NCBI GenBank assembly: GCA_020137815.1
Contig: CM035350.1
Location: forward strand, 186,001-250,000
Direction of reading: 5' to 3'
Length of the DNA: 64,000 nucleotides
From: Hormiphora californensis
Taxonomy: Eukaryota; Animalia; Ctenophora
Made by a program: the position numbers and the translations under genes. Below are positions 1-13,300 of this stretch, one piece after another. The notes beneath the pieces are model-generated. The model worked only from the letters and a program-made list of their open reading frames with translations. It did no database searches and was not told the DNA's origin. Every line of letters starts with the position of its first letter. Position 1 is the first letter of the stretch.

Positions 1-255
1 GAAAAGAGAAAATAAATGCCTGTCAGTTAGATGTTGAAATATAATCTAAACAATTAACTACTAAAATTGTATTACTACTAACATTTGATTGACAATTCGT
101 TACTGACTGTATCTCATATCTCCACATGAAACTAGGGGCTTCACTACTGCTCATGTTGCTAGCATGACTATGACAGACAGTTTTCCCGACACTGCTGAAA
201 AGCTCACTGTCTCACATGATATATTTTATTGAACCATTGTATTCAAATTGAACAA

Positions 256-870
256 CTACTTCATAAGAATCAACTGTCCTGCTGAGGGGTCTTCATTTTC
301 ATCATACATTGGATTATAGATTGTGACTAAGGGCCCCATTCCGCATATCAGCCCTCTATTTTTCTGAACATGAACTTTCTCAACACCGATAAGAGTCTCT
401 GTTTCACCCCTTGCTAGCACCAGGAATCGATGCTGTCTTTGTAGTTCTCGGTGTTTCCTCCAGAGAACGGTGCCCATAAATACCATGCCACCCAGGAGTA
501 CCCCGAGTAGAGACACCATCACCAGAAGTAGCTCCTCCCTGCCCTGGGAGCGTCTGGAGATATGAACCCTTGTCACCAGTGGCTCAGGCTGGCTCTCCCA
601 GGGGGACCGCCCAGGATTCTGGATTACAACACCCCGAGGTACAACTGCCTGCTCCTCTGAGGGCTCAGGGCTGGGCAACTCACACAACCTTACTTCCCGG
701 TCACTTTCTTGACCACTCACACACTCCGATCTCACCCTAATCCTCTCTCCAATATTTTGTTCAGTGTACCAATCGCTCTCACTGATAGTGCATTCAGACC
801 ACTCAGTCCAGGAATCATCGCATGCTCCTGCCATACCACTCACCATTAGATAACACAACAGTACAAGCAT
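256..870 (-). CDS. Single-exon type I membrane protein with a TSP1-like extracellular domain
   Basis: Hydrophobic N-terminus (signal peptide); CDDSWTEWSEC...RIRVRSEC...EVRLC matches the TSP1 WxxWxxC/RxRxR pattern; TM LLLVMVSLLGVLLGGMVFMGTVLW followed by basic RKHR; cytoplasmic YNPMY (NPxY). Confidence 0.7.
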   Translation of the reverse strand: MLVLLCYLMVSGMAGACDDSWTEWSECTISESDWYTEQNIGERIRVRSECVSGQESDREVRLCELPSPEPSEEQAVVPRGVVIQNPGRSPWESQPEPLVTRVHISRRSQGREELLLVMVSLLGVLLGGMVFMGTVLWRKHRELQRQHRFLVLARGETETLIGVEKVHVQKNRGLICGMGPLVTIYNPMYDENEDPSAGQLILMK

Positions 871-939
871 TTTACAAAATATACCAATGTAACATGAACC
901 TTTCTAAGACTCGTGAGCTTGGTCACCATACTTTTCCTA

Positions 940-1088
940 CCTCTCTCCTCTCTACCTCTATCTTTTTCTATCTCTCTTTCTCTCTCTATCTCTTTCTCTC
1001 TACATCTTTCTCTCAGTGTCTCTATCTCTCTACCTCTTTCTCTCTCTATCTCCCTCTCTTTATCTCACCCTCTCTCTTTGTCTCTTTG

Positions 1089-1138
<50 letters not shown>
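940..1138. repeat. (CT)n microsatellite / low complexity
   Basis: Direct inspection; it generates the spurious SLSL ORFs. Confidence 0.95.
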
Positions 1139-1142
<4 letters not shown>

Positions 1143-1782
1143 GTTTTTTTGACAAATTACATTTGCGTTTCCTCCCCGCATTGACAGACAAGTACAAACT
1201 CACATCACCATATACAATGTACATAATTGAAACAGTTTCACCAGACAGCAGGGCGACTAGAATAAATCTTATGTCGGGGTGCTGATATCCCTTTCTATGG
1301 CGTTTCGGTACAGATTTCTCTCCAGCATAGCCGGGCGCTGCCCCACTGCACCAACAACCATATTATGTTCTTTATGCACTTGTGTCACTCTCTTTCAAGA
1401 AAGCCCCTACCAATCATATCTTGTAGTTGTTGGACTAGATGACATGCGCTAAACTAAGGTCAAACCCGGACAATGGTGAATGAATTTTGTACTTGCGACC
1501 TTGACACAATTATCGTCACTTGCGATTTAGAATGGTTCCATGTGTTATGAATACAATCGAAAACAATAATCTAAATATTTGTTTTAACTCATTTAGTAGC
1601 TTCCATAATGTATCATCAAAGATAAAAACACAATATAATAATTCAGCTGTGACAGTTAACACACGACCTGCAAGGTAGTGGTTGACCATGTATAAGGTAT
1701 AAATAAGGCACAAAGCTTTTCTGTAATCAGTTTTTCAAGACGAACGCAGGAATTAATAGTAAGGTGTCTAAGCAGGGAAATC

Positions 1783-2085
1783 ATCCGTGGCAAAGGTTTC
1801 TCAGCGGTCATATCTGAATCCATTTGACCGTTATTTGGATTTTAAGATGCCCAAAATTTGGCTTTTACCGTTAATGCTACGCTGAGCACTTTACTAAAGT
1901 CTTTATAAAAAATAGTACCCTCGATTTTATGGTTTTGAGTTTTCATTCCAGGCTAAAAAACCAGGTAAAACGGTGTGGCCAGAAAACACCCCTGTACCCC
2001 TGAAGGGGGTCAATAGAAGGGTGGCTACTCCACCGTGGGTCGTGGCTTGTGATCACTTTTCCGCTGAGAAACCTTTGTCACGGAT
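1783..2085. mobile_element. Non-autonomous TIR element (MITE)
   Basis: ATCCGTGGCAAAGGTTTCTCAGCGG ... CCGCTGAGAAACCTTTGTCACGGAT inverted repeat; no ORF. Confidence 0.6.
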
Positions 2086-2156
2086 TGCTTCTCGGTTGGT
2101 ATATTGGCTTATTATGTATAATATACATTGTACATATATATAGTACTTTACCATTT

Positions 2157-2477
2157 TACCAAAACTAATTGAAATTAGTAGGCCAGAAAGGTTGCCCTAT
2201 TATTGGAGCTTTACCTTTGCCAATTTGAAATTCAGGGGATACAGATAGGGTACAGATTGGCTCCATTGCAACCTATTCTCGCTCCGTATGTGAGATCGCT
2301 CATATGTGAGATCGATCTCGGTCGCTGCGCGACCTCGATCTCACTCAGGCATCAATGTGGCCAAGGGTACAGATACTTCGTTAGTGTTCAAAAGTGAGTT
2401 CTATGCTAAATGCTTTCAAAGGTAGCTCAAATAATAAGGCAACCTTTCCGGTCTACTAATTTCAATTAGTTTTGGTA
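2157..2477. mobile_element. Non-autonomous TIR element (MITE)
   Basis: TACCAAAACTAATTGAAATTAGTAG ... CTACTAATTTCAATTAGTTTTGGTA, inverted repeat of about 55 bp. Confidence 0.65.
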
Positions 2478-2791
2478 TAATTTGCATCATTTTTGGTGCA
2501 CTATACTCATCCAGATGTAGTAGAACTGGTCTAGAGAGGTTGGAATCGCGGAACTACAAAAATTCTATTTTTGACGTCGTTTTGACGTCATAACACGACG
2601 CCACGACGTCTTGCTGATGGGGTAATATCATCGGGATTATCTAAAAAAAGATAATGACCACGTTGAACCCATTATGGCGGAAAATGCATATCGTTTTATC
2701 TATTTTCACATAGACATAACACTTTCTTGTTTTAGCGCGGGGAGGGAGTAGGAGGGTCGAACAAGGCAAACACTTTCGACCCGATTTACGA

Positions 2792-3966
2792 CTAAGTCAT
2801 GGAAATGTTGTCAAAAACAGCCCGAACCTAGAAATCATTAGGGGCAAGCTAATTTTTGCACAATCCGATAGTCAATAGGCCCCTGAACCACCAAAAAAAA
2901 GTCCCAAGCCCAACTCCTGGGGGAAGTGCCCCTAATTGGCCCTAATTGATTACAGTGTATTTGTAACCATCAATTAAATCGTAAATCGTCTTAGGAAAGG
3001 AGTAGAGGGAAAACCGAGGGCACTAAAATGATCAGCGTCCTCGAATTAGTGGGGGTAGGTGCTAAAATTAAGTCTCTATCTCATCTGGTTAATTAGATAA
3101 TTGGATAATTAGACCTGCACATAGCCGTTTTTTGCCATATGGCTATAGCCACTTAGGAATGGTTTAGAGACTTTTCACTGGTACCATTTTGTAGGCAATG
3201 GCTAAGTTATGGTGGGTCGTGGTCGGACTTTTAAGCTCTATCTCAAACCGTTTAGCCGTTATTTGGATTCAAAGATCCACAAAGAGGCTCAAAATCGTAC
3301 TTTTCACCATTTTTTGCTTATTTTCAGCACCTTTGAATTCAAATAACGGCTAAACGGTTTGAAATAGAGCTTAAAAGTCCGACCACGACCCCCCATAACT
3401 TAGCCATTGCCTACAAAATGGCACCAGTGAAAAGTCTCTAAACCATTCCCAAGTGGCTATAGCCATATGGCCAAAAACGGCTATGTGCGGATCTAATTAT
3501 CCAATTATCTAATTAACCAGATGAGATAGAGACTTAATTTTAGCACCTACCCCCACTAATTCGAGGACGCTGATCATTTTAGTGCCCTCGGTTTTGTCTC
3601 TACTCTTTTCCTAAGTGGCTATAGCCATATAGCCAAAAAACGGCTATGCGCAAACCTAATTATCCAATTATCTAATTAACCAGATAAGATAGAAACTTAA
3701 TTTCAGCACCTACCCCCACTAATGCGAGGACGCTGAACACTTTAGTGCCCTCGGTTTTCCCTCTACTCCTTTCCTAAGACGATTTACGATTTAATTGATG
3801 GTTACAAATACACTGTAATCAATTAGGGCCAATTAGGGGCACTTCCCCCAGGAGTTGGGCTTGGGACTTTTTTTTGGTGGTTCAGGGGCCTATTGACTAT
3901 CGTATTGTGCAAAAATTAGCTTGCCCCTAATGATTTCTAGGTTCTAACAAGAATTCCATGAATTAG
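2792..3966. mobile_element. Foldback (near-palindromic) non-autonomous element, polymorphic between haplotypes
   Basis: Termini CTAAGTCATGGAA / TTCCATGAATTAG with long internal inverted arms. The degraded second copy has an empty site at ~18255-18265 (CGATTTTCGACCGAG). Confidence 0.75.
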
Positions 3967-4499
3967 ACCGAGTTTTGGAAATTTGCAAAGTTCAGACAAT
4001 TATCTTTTCATGTGTATGACAATCTTCGTTTTTCGATTAGAATCTGCCTTCAGGGTGTTAATTGAGCCTAAAGAGTAAAGAAATTTGGTCAGAGTATAAA
4101 AATTACGACGTTGTGTAGGACGTTGCTGAGGACAATACTATAATGGAAAACCTTACCGCGCTATATACATATATCGCCTTCTGAAATCCGGGTTTTCAGC
4201 CAAACACCCATAAAACGTATAACTGCGTTTCTGGCAGCTTTTTGGGGATGGCAACCATTGCGCTTGCCAGCGCAATAATATGTTAATTCTTCAAAGAAGT
4301 AGAATTGAAATATGCACACTATTTCATCACAAAACACTTAAAAATAGTTGAAGCTTTCGTCTGAAACCAAGTTATGCGATTATTTATAATAGTGTTTTGT
4401 TCCCATACTTCACATTTACATTTAGTGAACAAAATAGTCCTGCTGCATCCAGATATTACATGTGTATTCAGCGACCTGCGACCTTGTAGTAGATAAAGT

Positions 4500-4777
<278 letters not shown>

Positions 4778-4786
4778 GGAGTATGT

Positions 4787-6047
4787 TTATTGGAGGTGGT
4801 AGAAGAGTCCCACGCCAGTTAGGTTGTCCCCTCCTCCTCCTGTCTGTTTGATCTGTGTGCATACCAGTACTGGCGCTAGGCATACCTGAGGTGGGAATAC
4901 AATCACCCACTAGCTGTTTATATTGGTTTGGGAAATCTGAACTGCTGGTTACATAACATTGTTGGTAACATAATAAAATACCTCAAAGCTCCCGTCCTCC
5001 CAGCAGCTGACTGGGGTGTTGTCGATTATTGGGATTCGTTTAGCGCCGGGGATGGCTGAGAGAGAGAACGAACCGTCGAGGATCATCTTACTCTTGGATA
5101 TATCGATATTTTCATTGCCACACACATATCTGAGGCATGTGATGTTGTTTGATCCAGGTGCCTCACTGTTTGGCTGGTAGGGCAATATCTGACCCGGGGG
5201 GGGGGGGGGGGGGTACATCTCACCTTGTGGCTGTGAGGCTAGATTTAACAGCAGTAGTTATTCCACTCTTCCACCGAGCACTACTAGTTAGGGTAAACAC
5301 CGCCTGGTAGGCGAGTGTGTGGACGTGGATTCTAGATAACTCTCTGTGTCTGGGTAGTTTAGCTAGCACACCAACCAGCTCCCTCGTATCGTCCATGGTC
5401 CGGGATATCTTTACCTTGCTATCACTAATGTACACTGTCTCTCCTAGCAGGGATTAACGGTAAAAAGAAATGCTACGAATACTATGGAGCCTTGTGCAAG
5501 GCCATTAGGGGGGAATACATGTAACATGTTAGGACTCATATGGAGGGGGGGGGACATGTTAGGACTTGAATGCGGGGGGGGGACATGTTAGGACTCATAC
5601 CTGTCTGGATGACAGATCGGAGATTAGGTAACTCCTGTTCATTCATTCCCAACGAGTCCGAGTATGGCAGGATCACGTCCGTGAGACGCTTTAGGAACCT
5701 GGCATTTACAAAGGACGCCATTTCAAAATGAACAAGTGTAGTTGATGGTAGAGATCTCAGGAAATCTTCAATTTGATTCATCCTGTAAATGTAAAGTTGT
5801 TTAGTTAAATCTGAACATTTTCATTTTAAGTACATGTTTATTGTTTTACTTTATCAAATGATATCAAACATACCGTTCATTTAGCTCATCGTCCGTAAAA
5901 GGGTATGTGTCAAGCATTTGAAGTCCCCCAAACACGAACAAATCGGGCTGAAACTGGCTAATTGCATCTTTCACGGCATCAAGGCCCTTCAAGCTTGGGT
6001 TGTGGACATCACGATGTAGAATGTACCTTGAAAAAGAGAGAGAGATA

Positions 6048-6080
<33 letters not shown>

Positions 6081-6259
6081 GGGGGGGGGTTGGGCAGGGA
6101 TCAGAGGTTTTGTTACCTGTTGGCCCTATCAGATGTGTAAGGTCCCCAACTTTCACCTTTTTCAAATTCCATTATTATGTGAAGGTCAAAAGACTCAGTT
6201 TCAGTATCTACTGTTTCCCCGTGTAGTTTAACCTCAGGATCTATCCTATCTCTATATAT
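4787..6259 (-). CDS. ADPGK: ADP-dependent glucokinase, 3' exons (haplotype A; 5' exons lost at the TE and gap)
   Basis: Spliced exons read DLHIIMEFEKGESWGPYTSDRANR|YILHRD..QPDLFVFGG, VHFEMASF..DSLGMNEQEL, RIHVHTLAYQ, and a last exon VCLAPVLVCTQIKQTGGGGDNLTGVGLFYHLQ* (ribokinase-fold GxGD motif; TAA at 4787-4789). Introns are GT-AG. Confidence 0.9.
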
Positions 6260-6442
6260 CTACAAAAGTTAAGGAATGTTATTGGGATAATAATTAGTGC
6301 CTAGGTAATTTACATGTTGAGATAATTAACACGATCGCGGTGTCGGGTTGCGCGCGCAAGATCATGTTTAGATGGGAGTGTGCGCGTTGCATTGCTGACA
6401 ACTCCAAGTTCTCTGAATCATGGCATCGCGCCCTACTGTATA

Positions 6443-6910
6443 CAAGGTGGCCCATAAATTATGATAGCGGGGGACGAGCCGTACCTCCGAAACGGTGATA
6501 GTTGTGCAAAAACAAACTACGGGAACATGCTGGAACAATTCCTGGACGACTTTTTGCAAATTATGAAATTTTTATCCAAAAGTTCATTTTTCATTCATGA
6601 ACTTTCTACACGTTCATTAATGAATTAAGGACTCTAATTTACCGAGAGTTAGGCATTTTGTTTGGGTTGAATTTATCTTTCCAATGAGCACCATAAAAAT
6701 CAAATTGAAGCACCAGGTCACATGGCAGTTGAGAAAATGCACATTCATGATTTTGGCTCTTCCTGCGACTTTCAATCGGCTGTATCACGACTACCTTTTG
6801 TTCAATCGTTTTAAAAATTTGGGAGAACATCGGATAATCAAGATTCTCAGTGGGCACAAGTCATTCAAGTGTTGGGTTCATCATTCAGGAACATCCCTAA
6901 AGGTGACAAA
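6443..6910. mobile_element. Left end of a probable Tc1/mariner-type insertion in an ADPGK intron, truncated by the gap
   Basis: Identity with haplotype B (20690-20706) stops at a TA, after which CAAGGTGGCCCATAAATT begins, resembling CAGGGTG-type TIRs. The other end is not visible. Confidence 0.45.
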
Positions 6911-7010
6911 NNNNNNNNNNNNNNNNNNNNNNNNNNNNNNNNNNNNNNNNNNNNNNNNNNNNNNNNNNNNNNNNNNNNNNNNNNNNNNNNNNNNNNNNNN
7001 NNNNNNNNNN
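6911..7010. other. Scaffold gap (100 N)
   Basis: Run of N. Confidence 1.
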
Positions 7011-9754
7011 AATGCGTTTGGACTTCATTTATTGGAGTACATCGAAACCATTATCAGCGAAAAGAGTGACAATTTCCAGGTAAAGAAATAAGAATTACCG
7101 ATGATTTGTTATTTAATGTCGTAGGAGTCATAACTTCATTGTACCGTTCTCTCACAATCAGAACGGTCCAAGCCAATACAAGTTGAAAGTTCGTATGCAG
7201 AATTCTGGTCTCTTTTGACAGTAACGCGCGATGCTCTGCTCAGGGGCTACGTGGCGCGCATACCGCCCTTTCTTTCATATGAAATACATGACTTGCTGAG
7301 AGACGACAGTATACATTGTCACTACTCACTTGTATTGCAGTACACGGTCTACACTGTTTTGCCTATTAGCTTAGCTATATTCTACTTTCAGGTTGTCGGG
7401 TGCACAATAGACGCTGGTGCGAAGATATACGCTGGCAGGGTAGACGCAGTTCACAGCGATATGCTCAAAATGGTGGGGTCAATTACTGCCGACGCTGCTG
7501 CAGTTTCCTCCTCTCAGGGTTCACACAATGGTGAGTGTTACAACTCACTCAGGTATCAATGTGACCAATGTTACAACCAGTTAACTGTCTTATTTTGAAA
7601 CTGTCATAATTTGGCTAATCTCCAGCAGATGAATCGATGGTTCAAGGGGAAGGTGAGGATGAAGAAGTTGGGAAGAAGAAAAAGAAAAAGAAGTCACTTT
7701 GTGAAGGACGAACTATAGAGAAAAACTTAGCGAACATCAGGCAGAGTTTCTATGATCTAAGTTTTGATGTTGATCCACTACTACAGGTAATTGGTTAGAG
7801 AATTGGTCAACTTTCAGCATCAAGTTTCAGGTATGAAATACTTACTTCTGTTACTTCTCTGTCGTTTGCCTGCTACTGCTCGTCTGATCGAGATATAATG
7901 GATTTCAATATGAACAAATATCTAACCAAATCTTGTATTTTTTCAGAAATCAGCTCGACAGTCAGATGAACAATGCAGTGCTGCTCTCATCTCTTACAAC
8001 ACGCCCATGAAGAACGGACAACTTCTCTTTGACTCTTCTGCAGTCCTTTACACTCATACAGAGAGCAGTGACCCCTCCCCCTTGGTGGATATGGGGCTTC
8101 TAATTCTGCCCTCATCATTAAGTGGGCCCTTCAGTGAACCTGCTGCTTTGCCTGCCAGCCAGGAGAGTTGTACAGGAGGCCTTGTGGAACCTGTAGTACC
8201 CGGTATTGACGCAATGGAGGAAGAGGAGATGGGTGATGACATGGGGGGCTGTTCAGATCAATCTGATATCGAGGACACCCAACCCCCTCAAAAGATGACA
8301 ATTGATCAGTTGGCGTTGGCCCTTGAACCCTCTGAGTTTGGTTATTTCAACCCGCGGTTAGCTAACATGTGGGCAGGACCAGCACACTGGAAACTGAAGC
8401 CAGTCTCGAGTAGCAAAGAGAAGGGGAGAGAGAAAGAAGAAGGTGACCGTTGTACACGCTTTTAACCAGACTCCTGATGATCTCTTAAAGCATTTTATCA
8501 AATCGAGAGCGAAGACAACCCTTGCTAACGAGACCATTCGAAGCAATCAGCTGTCCTCTAACATCTTGCCAGTAGATATCAGGTACGAAGAGTCTAACCT
8601 GAGGAGAGTGTCTATGTTTGCCACTGTGGCGGGGTCGTTTCGCACCCTCTACCGAGAAAATAGTTAGCAGCGGTGGGGGGAGCAGCTGAAGGGGACAAGA
8701 GTTGGTACAAACTATGAGAACCCCCACGACACCAGCAACTACTGCCCCAATACTGCTGAAGAGAGCGACAGTGACGGCGGAGGAGGTGTTGATTTTGGTG
8801 ATGTTGAGAGACATGGTGCAGTGATTGGTGGTATTGAGTTGATAGAAGCAGCACCTGCTGTTGAAAGAATTCATATCAACTACGCCAAAAAAGCCAAAAA
8901 GATCGACATCAAAATGCTGAAAGGTGCAATGTGGGGCAATCTATCAACGAAAAGCGTAAGTTGCTGAATTCACAAAATTAGGTTTTACCGTTATTTTAGC
9001 TATGATAGACTCTTGGAAGAACTAAATGTGATTACTAATAACCATCCTGTTTCAGATTCGATGAAGACTGGTGCAGTGGAGATCGAGAAGAAGACATTTT
9101 CCCAAACCTACAAGAAGCTTCCTAACGGGGTATGATTTATAAAACAAATATTGTAATTGTGATAAACATTTGATATCGTCTCTAGCTACATTCTCACATT
9201 CTCTCTCACACAACACACGGACAGAGTGCAGATCCCGGGTGTGGAAATATTTTTTGTTAATTATTATGGATCCCAGGGGTGGTGGAACCGTGGATCGTAG
9301 CTGAGGAGCTGGGGATTTTGGCCAAAATGAGCTCAAAACACTGGCTTAAATTCACCCTAAACTTCAAATTTTTTCGGGCTCGGCCCAAATTCGAAAAACG
9401 ATACCTCAAACAATGAAAAGTGAACCATCGACTGTTTGGCTAAAATCCTAAACTTTTTTCGGGCTCCAGTCTCCAATATCGCTCCGCCCAAATTATGGAA
9501 TCGCACTAGTCATCACAAAAAGTTTTGGTCACCCCCCCCCCCCCCCCTGCATAAAAATCATTCCACCACCCCGATCAGATCTGATTCATGATAATTTGTA
9601 ATTAACACACATTTTATTTTAGTTATCGGAGTCAGTGGTGGAGAATCTTTCTGTCCCCATCGCATTCTCCTGTCTTCTCCATCTCGCTAACGAGCACGGA
9701 CTTGCTTTATTGGACAAGAAGGACCTTAGCGATATTCACATCTCATTGTCCTAG
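7011..9754 (+). CDS. NCAPH: Condensin I kleisin subunit (CAP-H/Barren); 5' end lies in the gap; several frameshifts at 8420-8715
   Basis: NAFGLHLLEY..NFQ|VVGCTIDAGAKIYAGRVDAVH; FDVDPL; WAGPAHWK; YENPHDTSNYCP; INYAKKAKKIDIKMLKGAMW; LSVPIAFSCLLHLANEHGL; TAG at 9752-9754. Confidence 0.92.
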
Positions 9755-9916
9755 GTATATGCAATAACAAACTCTAAATATTATACTTTGTTAAAATAGG
9801 AGTTATTCTGCAAATTACTAAATTCAGTTCTCTCAAGATAAATTTGCTTATTGTTTCGATTCGAATCTATGGAATTTTGGACCTGAGGGCTAATACGGTT
9901 TGAAACTCTGGGAAGG

Positions 9917-10317
9917 CTAGGCCTGGTGTTTAGAAGAAATAAAACATCGGGTTTCGGTGTATAACAAAACGACAACATAAATTGAAAAGCACGCAATTAC
10001 ACACTTATACGTTTCCTTTGAATTGTTTTTGCACTCCTCCTCGTCTCCCACATCCACACACCTCTCCATTGTTTTTAGTTGCAGTATTGTGCCGGACCTG
10101 CACAGGGTTGGATTCTCGAATATAACATGCATGCTCATGCCCCGAGTTAAGGGGGTTCGTGGCCATGGTGCTCCTGGTGTAACTGGCACGTCCTCAACTC
10201 AGGGTGGAGAGCAATGCGGAGAGCATTTGTCCGTGCCACAATGACACAGGGATTAAAAGCACTTGTTAATATTGGCAACATGTAGTGGTTAACAAGCTTG
10301 AAATCGATATTCACCAC
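9917..10317 (-). CDS. Probable last exon of a rhodopsin-class GPCR-like gene; upstream exons unreadable in the degraded zone
   Basis: After a CAG acceptor the frame reads VVNIDFKLVNHYMLPILTSAFNPCVIVARTNALR, resembling TM7 (NPxxY-like) plus helix 8. The downstream frame is uncertain. Confidence 0.35.
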
Positions 10318-10329
10318 CTGGTAAAATGC

Positions 10330-13300
10330 TACAAAGTTGCTGATTATTGAGGGTTAAACTAAGGAAACATTCATTTCGGGATGGAAAGTAAAAAAACCTT
10401 TCAACTTCCTACCCCCCTCTGTTTTTGCCTCCATTAGGGAAGGGGGGGGAGACTTTTTGCGAAACTGCATTTAAAACCCAATAAAGCATGAAGAACATTC
10501 ATGAAAAAAGAAACAAACTTGTTTAGAGTCCAAAAAGGAAAACCCCTTTAAAGACCCAAGAGGGGTTTTTGTGGTGGTTGCTTTGGGTACCAGGTCCTCT
10601 TTTTGGGCCCTCTTTTTGCTTGTTTTTACCGACCTTGAATACCCCTTCCTCCGCTATGCGCGGGGGGTCCTTAAATACCCGTTTTATGGGGCTCCCTGCG
10701 TTGCCAAAGGACATGTAGTTTTAGCGTAAAAGATGGGGAAGGGCAAGGACAAGTTTGAAGCAAAACCTGAAAAAAAGGGGGCCCCTGATGATCTGATCAC
10801 CTAGTGCCCCTGCCAGCGGGTGGTGGTAACCTAAACTGATGCCCCCAAAGGTAAAAAGCGAAAAACCTCTGGAAAGCGGGTTTTAAACCAAATGTTTTAC
10901 TTAAACTGTCCCGAGAAAAAAACACAAAAGCCATAAAAATAGGGGGCACGAGGTTTTTCATAAAAAGTCCGTGACTGCTATGATTTTGAACAAAGTTTTG
11001 TTTTTGCCCTTTTTTTTTGGGGTTGTGTGGGAAAGTAGTAAATAAAGGGGGTTTAAAGGAATAGTGAAATTGGGAAACCCCCCCACCATAAAACACCCCC
11101 AACACGTATTTTAAAAAGGGTGTTATATTTGTGTCGGCGCTCCAAATTTCAATGTCATTTCCCTAGGTACCCTTTTGCTGGGGAGGGACCCTGCCCGGGG
11201 GAAACCCATGTGTGAAAAAGGGAAAAATTTTCAAACTACAAATTATATAAAATAGAAAAAGGGGAAACGGAGATAAAGAAATGGCAGAGAAAAATCATTA
11301 GAGCCCATACAGGGGGCAGGCACGCTTTGGAAAACGCTTTAAAGATACCCAGATCAAACCTCTAAAGAACACATCATCACGGTCAGAGCTTTGGGGCCGA
11401 CAGAATCATCATGTAACCCCAAATTTCCCAAATTTGTTTAGGGCAATTTTTCCCAAAATTTTATCAAAATTCTGAAACAGGAGAAAAAGGGAACCCAGTC
11501 CATAGGGGCTTCCCCTTTAGATTTTCAACATAAAGGGGTTTTCATAAAAAATTGCCAAAAAATGCTACCCCACCAAACCACTACGCTGGCCCCCAATCAA
11601 ATAAAAAGAGATTATCTGAGCTTATTGGGGCAAAAGGTTTCCAAAAAAAGGGGGTTATTTGGAAATAGGGGTTGAGGCTGAAAGGGAGGGACATTTTGGG
11701 GACAAAAACTATGAGGCGCCCTTGCCAGGGGCAGGGGTAACAATCAATTTTTTTTCCCTGGAATCATAGATTTTAGTCTCTCTATCTCCCCCTCTCTTCT
11801 CTTTTCCCTCTCTTCCCCCCCCCTTTCCTCTCTCCCCCCTCTCTCCTTCTTCTCTCTTTTCCCCTCCTCTCTCTCTCTCCCCCTTTTTTCCTCCCCTCTC
11901 TCCCCCCTCCCCGTTTTCTTTTTCTTTTCCTCCCCCCTCCCCCTCTCTCTCTCTTTTTTCCCTCTCGCCCAAATTTCCCCAAAATTTTCATGCAGGGATG
12001 ATAAACACAAAGAGCTAAAATCGACACGCCCCTCAATCACAAAAAACTTTCTTATAATGGGACACAAAAGGGAGGGGTGTGAGAGGGGAGAGGGGCGTCA
12101 CATTTGGGGTGTGCGGGGAGGGAGAGAGAAAAAGGGTTACTTTTTAAAACTTTATAAAAGGGGAAATCCGACAAAACGAGGTGAGAAAAAAGGGGGGGAA
12201 CCCGTTTTTAAAAAAAAATGCTTTATTTTCCCTTTCCTTTTTTAACTTTCGACTTTTTTCTTTTCTTCCTATTTTTCCCGGTTGCCCCATTTCTAGGGGG
12301 GTTTATTTTTACAACAACTACAAAATTGGGTACTCTGTCGATTCTAAAAATTTTATTATTCGCACCACCAACAACAAATAATGTGCGAAAAAAAGGGTGC
12401 CTGGGGGGCTTTTTTGAGAAAGCGGGGGCTGAATTTTGTTGAGCACATGTCACTTGTTTACTGTTAAAAAATTAATTTAAAACGAAGAGTTGAGAGAGAG
12501 AAAATGCGTGTGAGAGAGAGTGGGGGAGAGGGGAAAGGAGGGAGAAAAACCCGAAAAAATTGGGGGTTTTAAACCCGCGTCTTTTTGAAAATTATTGCCA
12601 GGGTACAGCTAGGTTCTAATATAGCAAAGGGGTTTTTGTGCATACCGCCCTTTTTCCCAATTTATATCAAGCCCCCAAAAATGGCTTAAAGCGGGTGCTT
12701 TTTGGGGTAAAATTTAATAAATTTAAATTAAAGTGATGTTAAATACACATGTTTGAAAAATGTGGTCAGTTTTTGGACTTGGCTTCAATTATAAAAAATT
12801 CCCGAAAAAAATCGCCAGTACAATACCCAAAAAAAGGTGAGGAACCCAAACTGTATTTTTTATCTCTCTTCTCTCTTTTTCCATCTTTTTCTCTCTCTCT
12901 CTTCTCTCTCTCTCCCCCCAATCATTACACGCACTATCTCTCTCTCTCTCTCCCCCTTTCCCTTCTCTCTCCCCCCCGTCTCCCCCCTTCTCTCTCTCCC
13001 CTCTCTCCCAAAAGGTCTCTCTCTCTCTCCCCCTTCCTCCCCCTCTCTCCCCTTTTTTTTTGCCCCCCATCTTTATATTTCTCCCCTCATTATCCCCTTT
13101 CCCTTCAATTTCCCTAAAAAAACCAACTTCTTTTCTCATCATGTCTACCTTTGTTTTTGGGGTCTATTTCATTAATTAGTGCAGCACAGATAACGATCAT
13201 ACATTTGTTCAAACCCTCAATAATCCCTAACCCTTTGGGGTGGCAATATCTAAACCCCTCTCTGGGCCCCGGGCCCAAAACCCGAGAGACCAGAGAAGGA

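Noticed and set aside
822-1285. SLSL/RERE-type ORFs here and at 4422-4910, 24394-24585, 30621-30819, 43770-44057
   Set aside because: Translations of (CT)n/(AG)n microsatellites.
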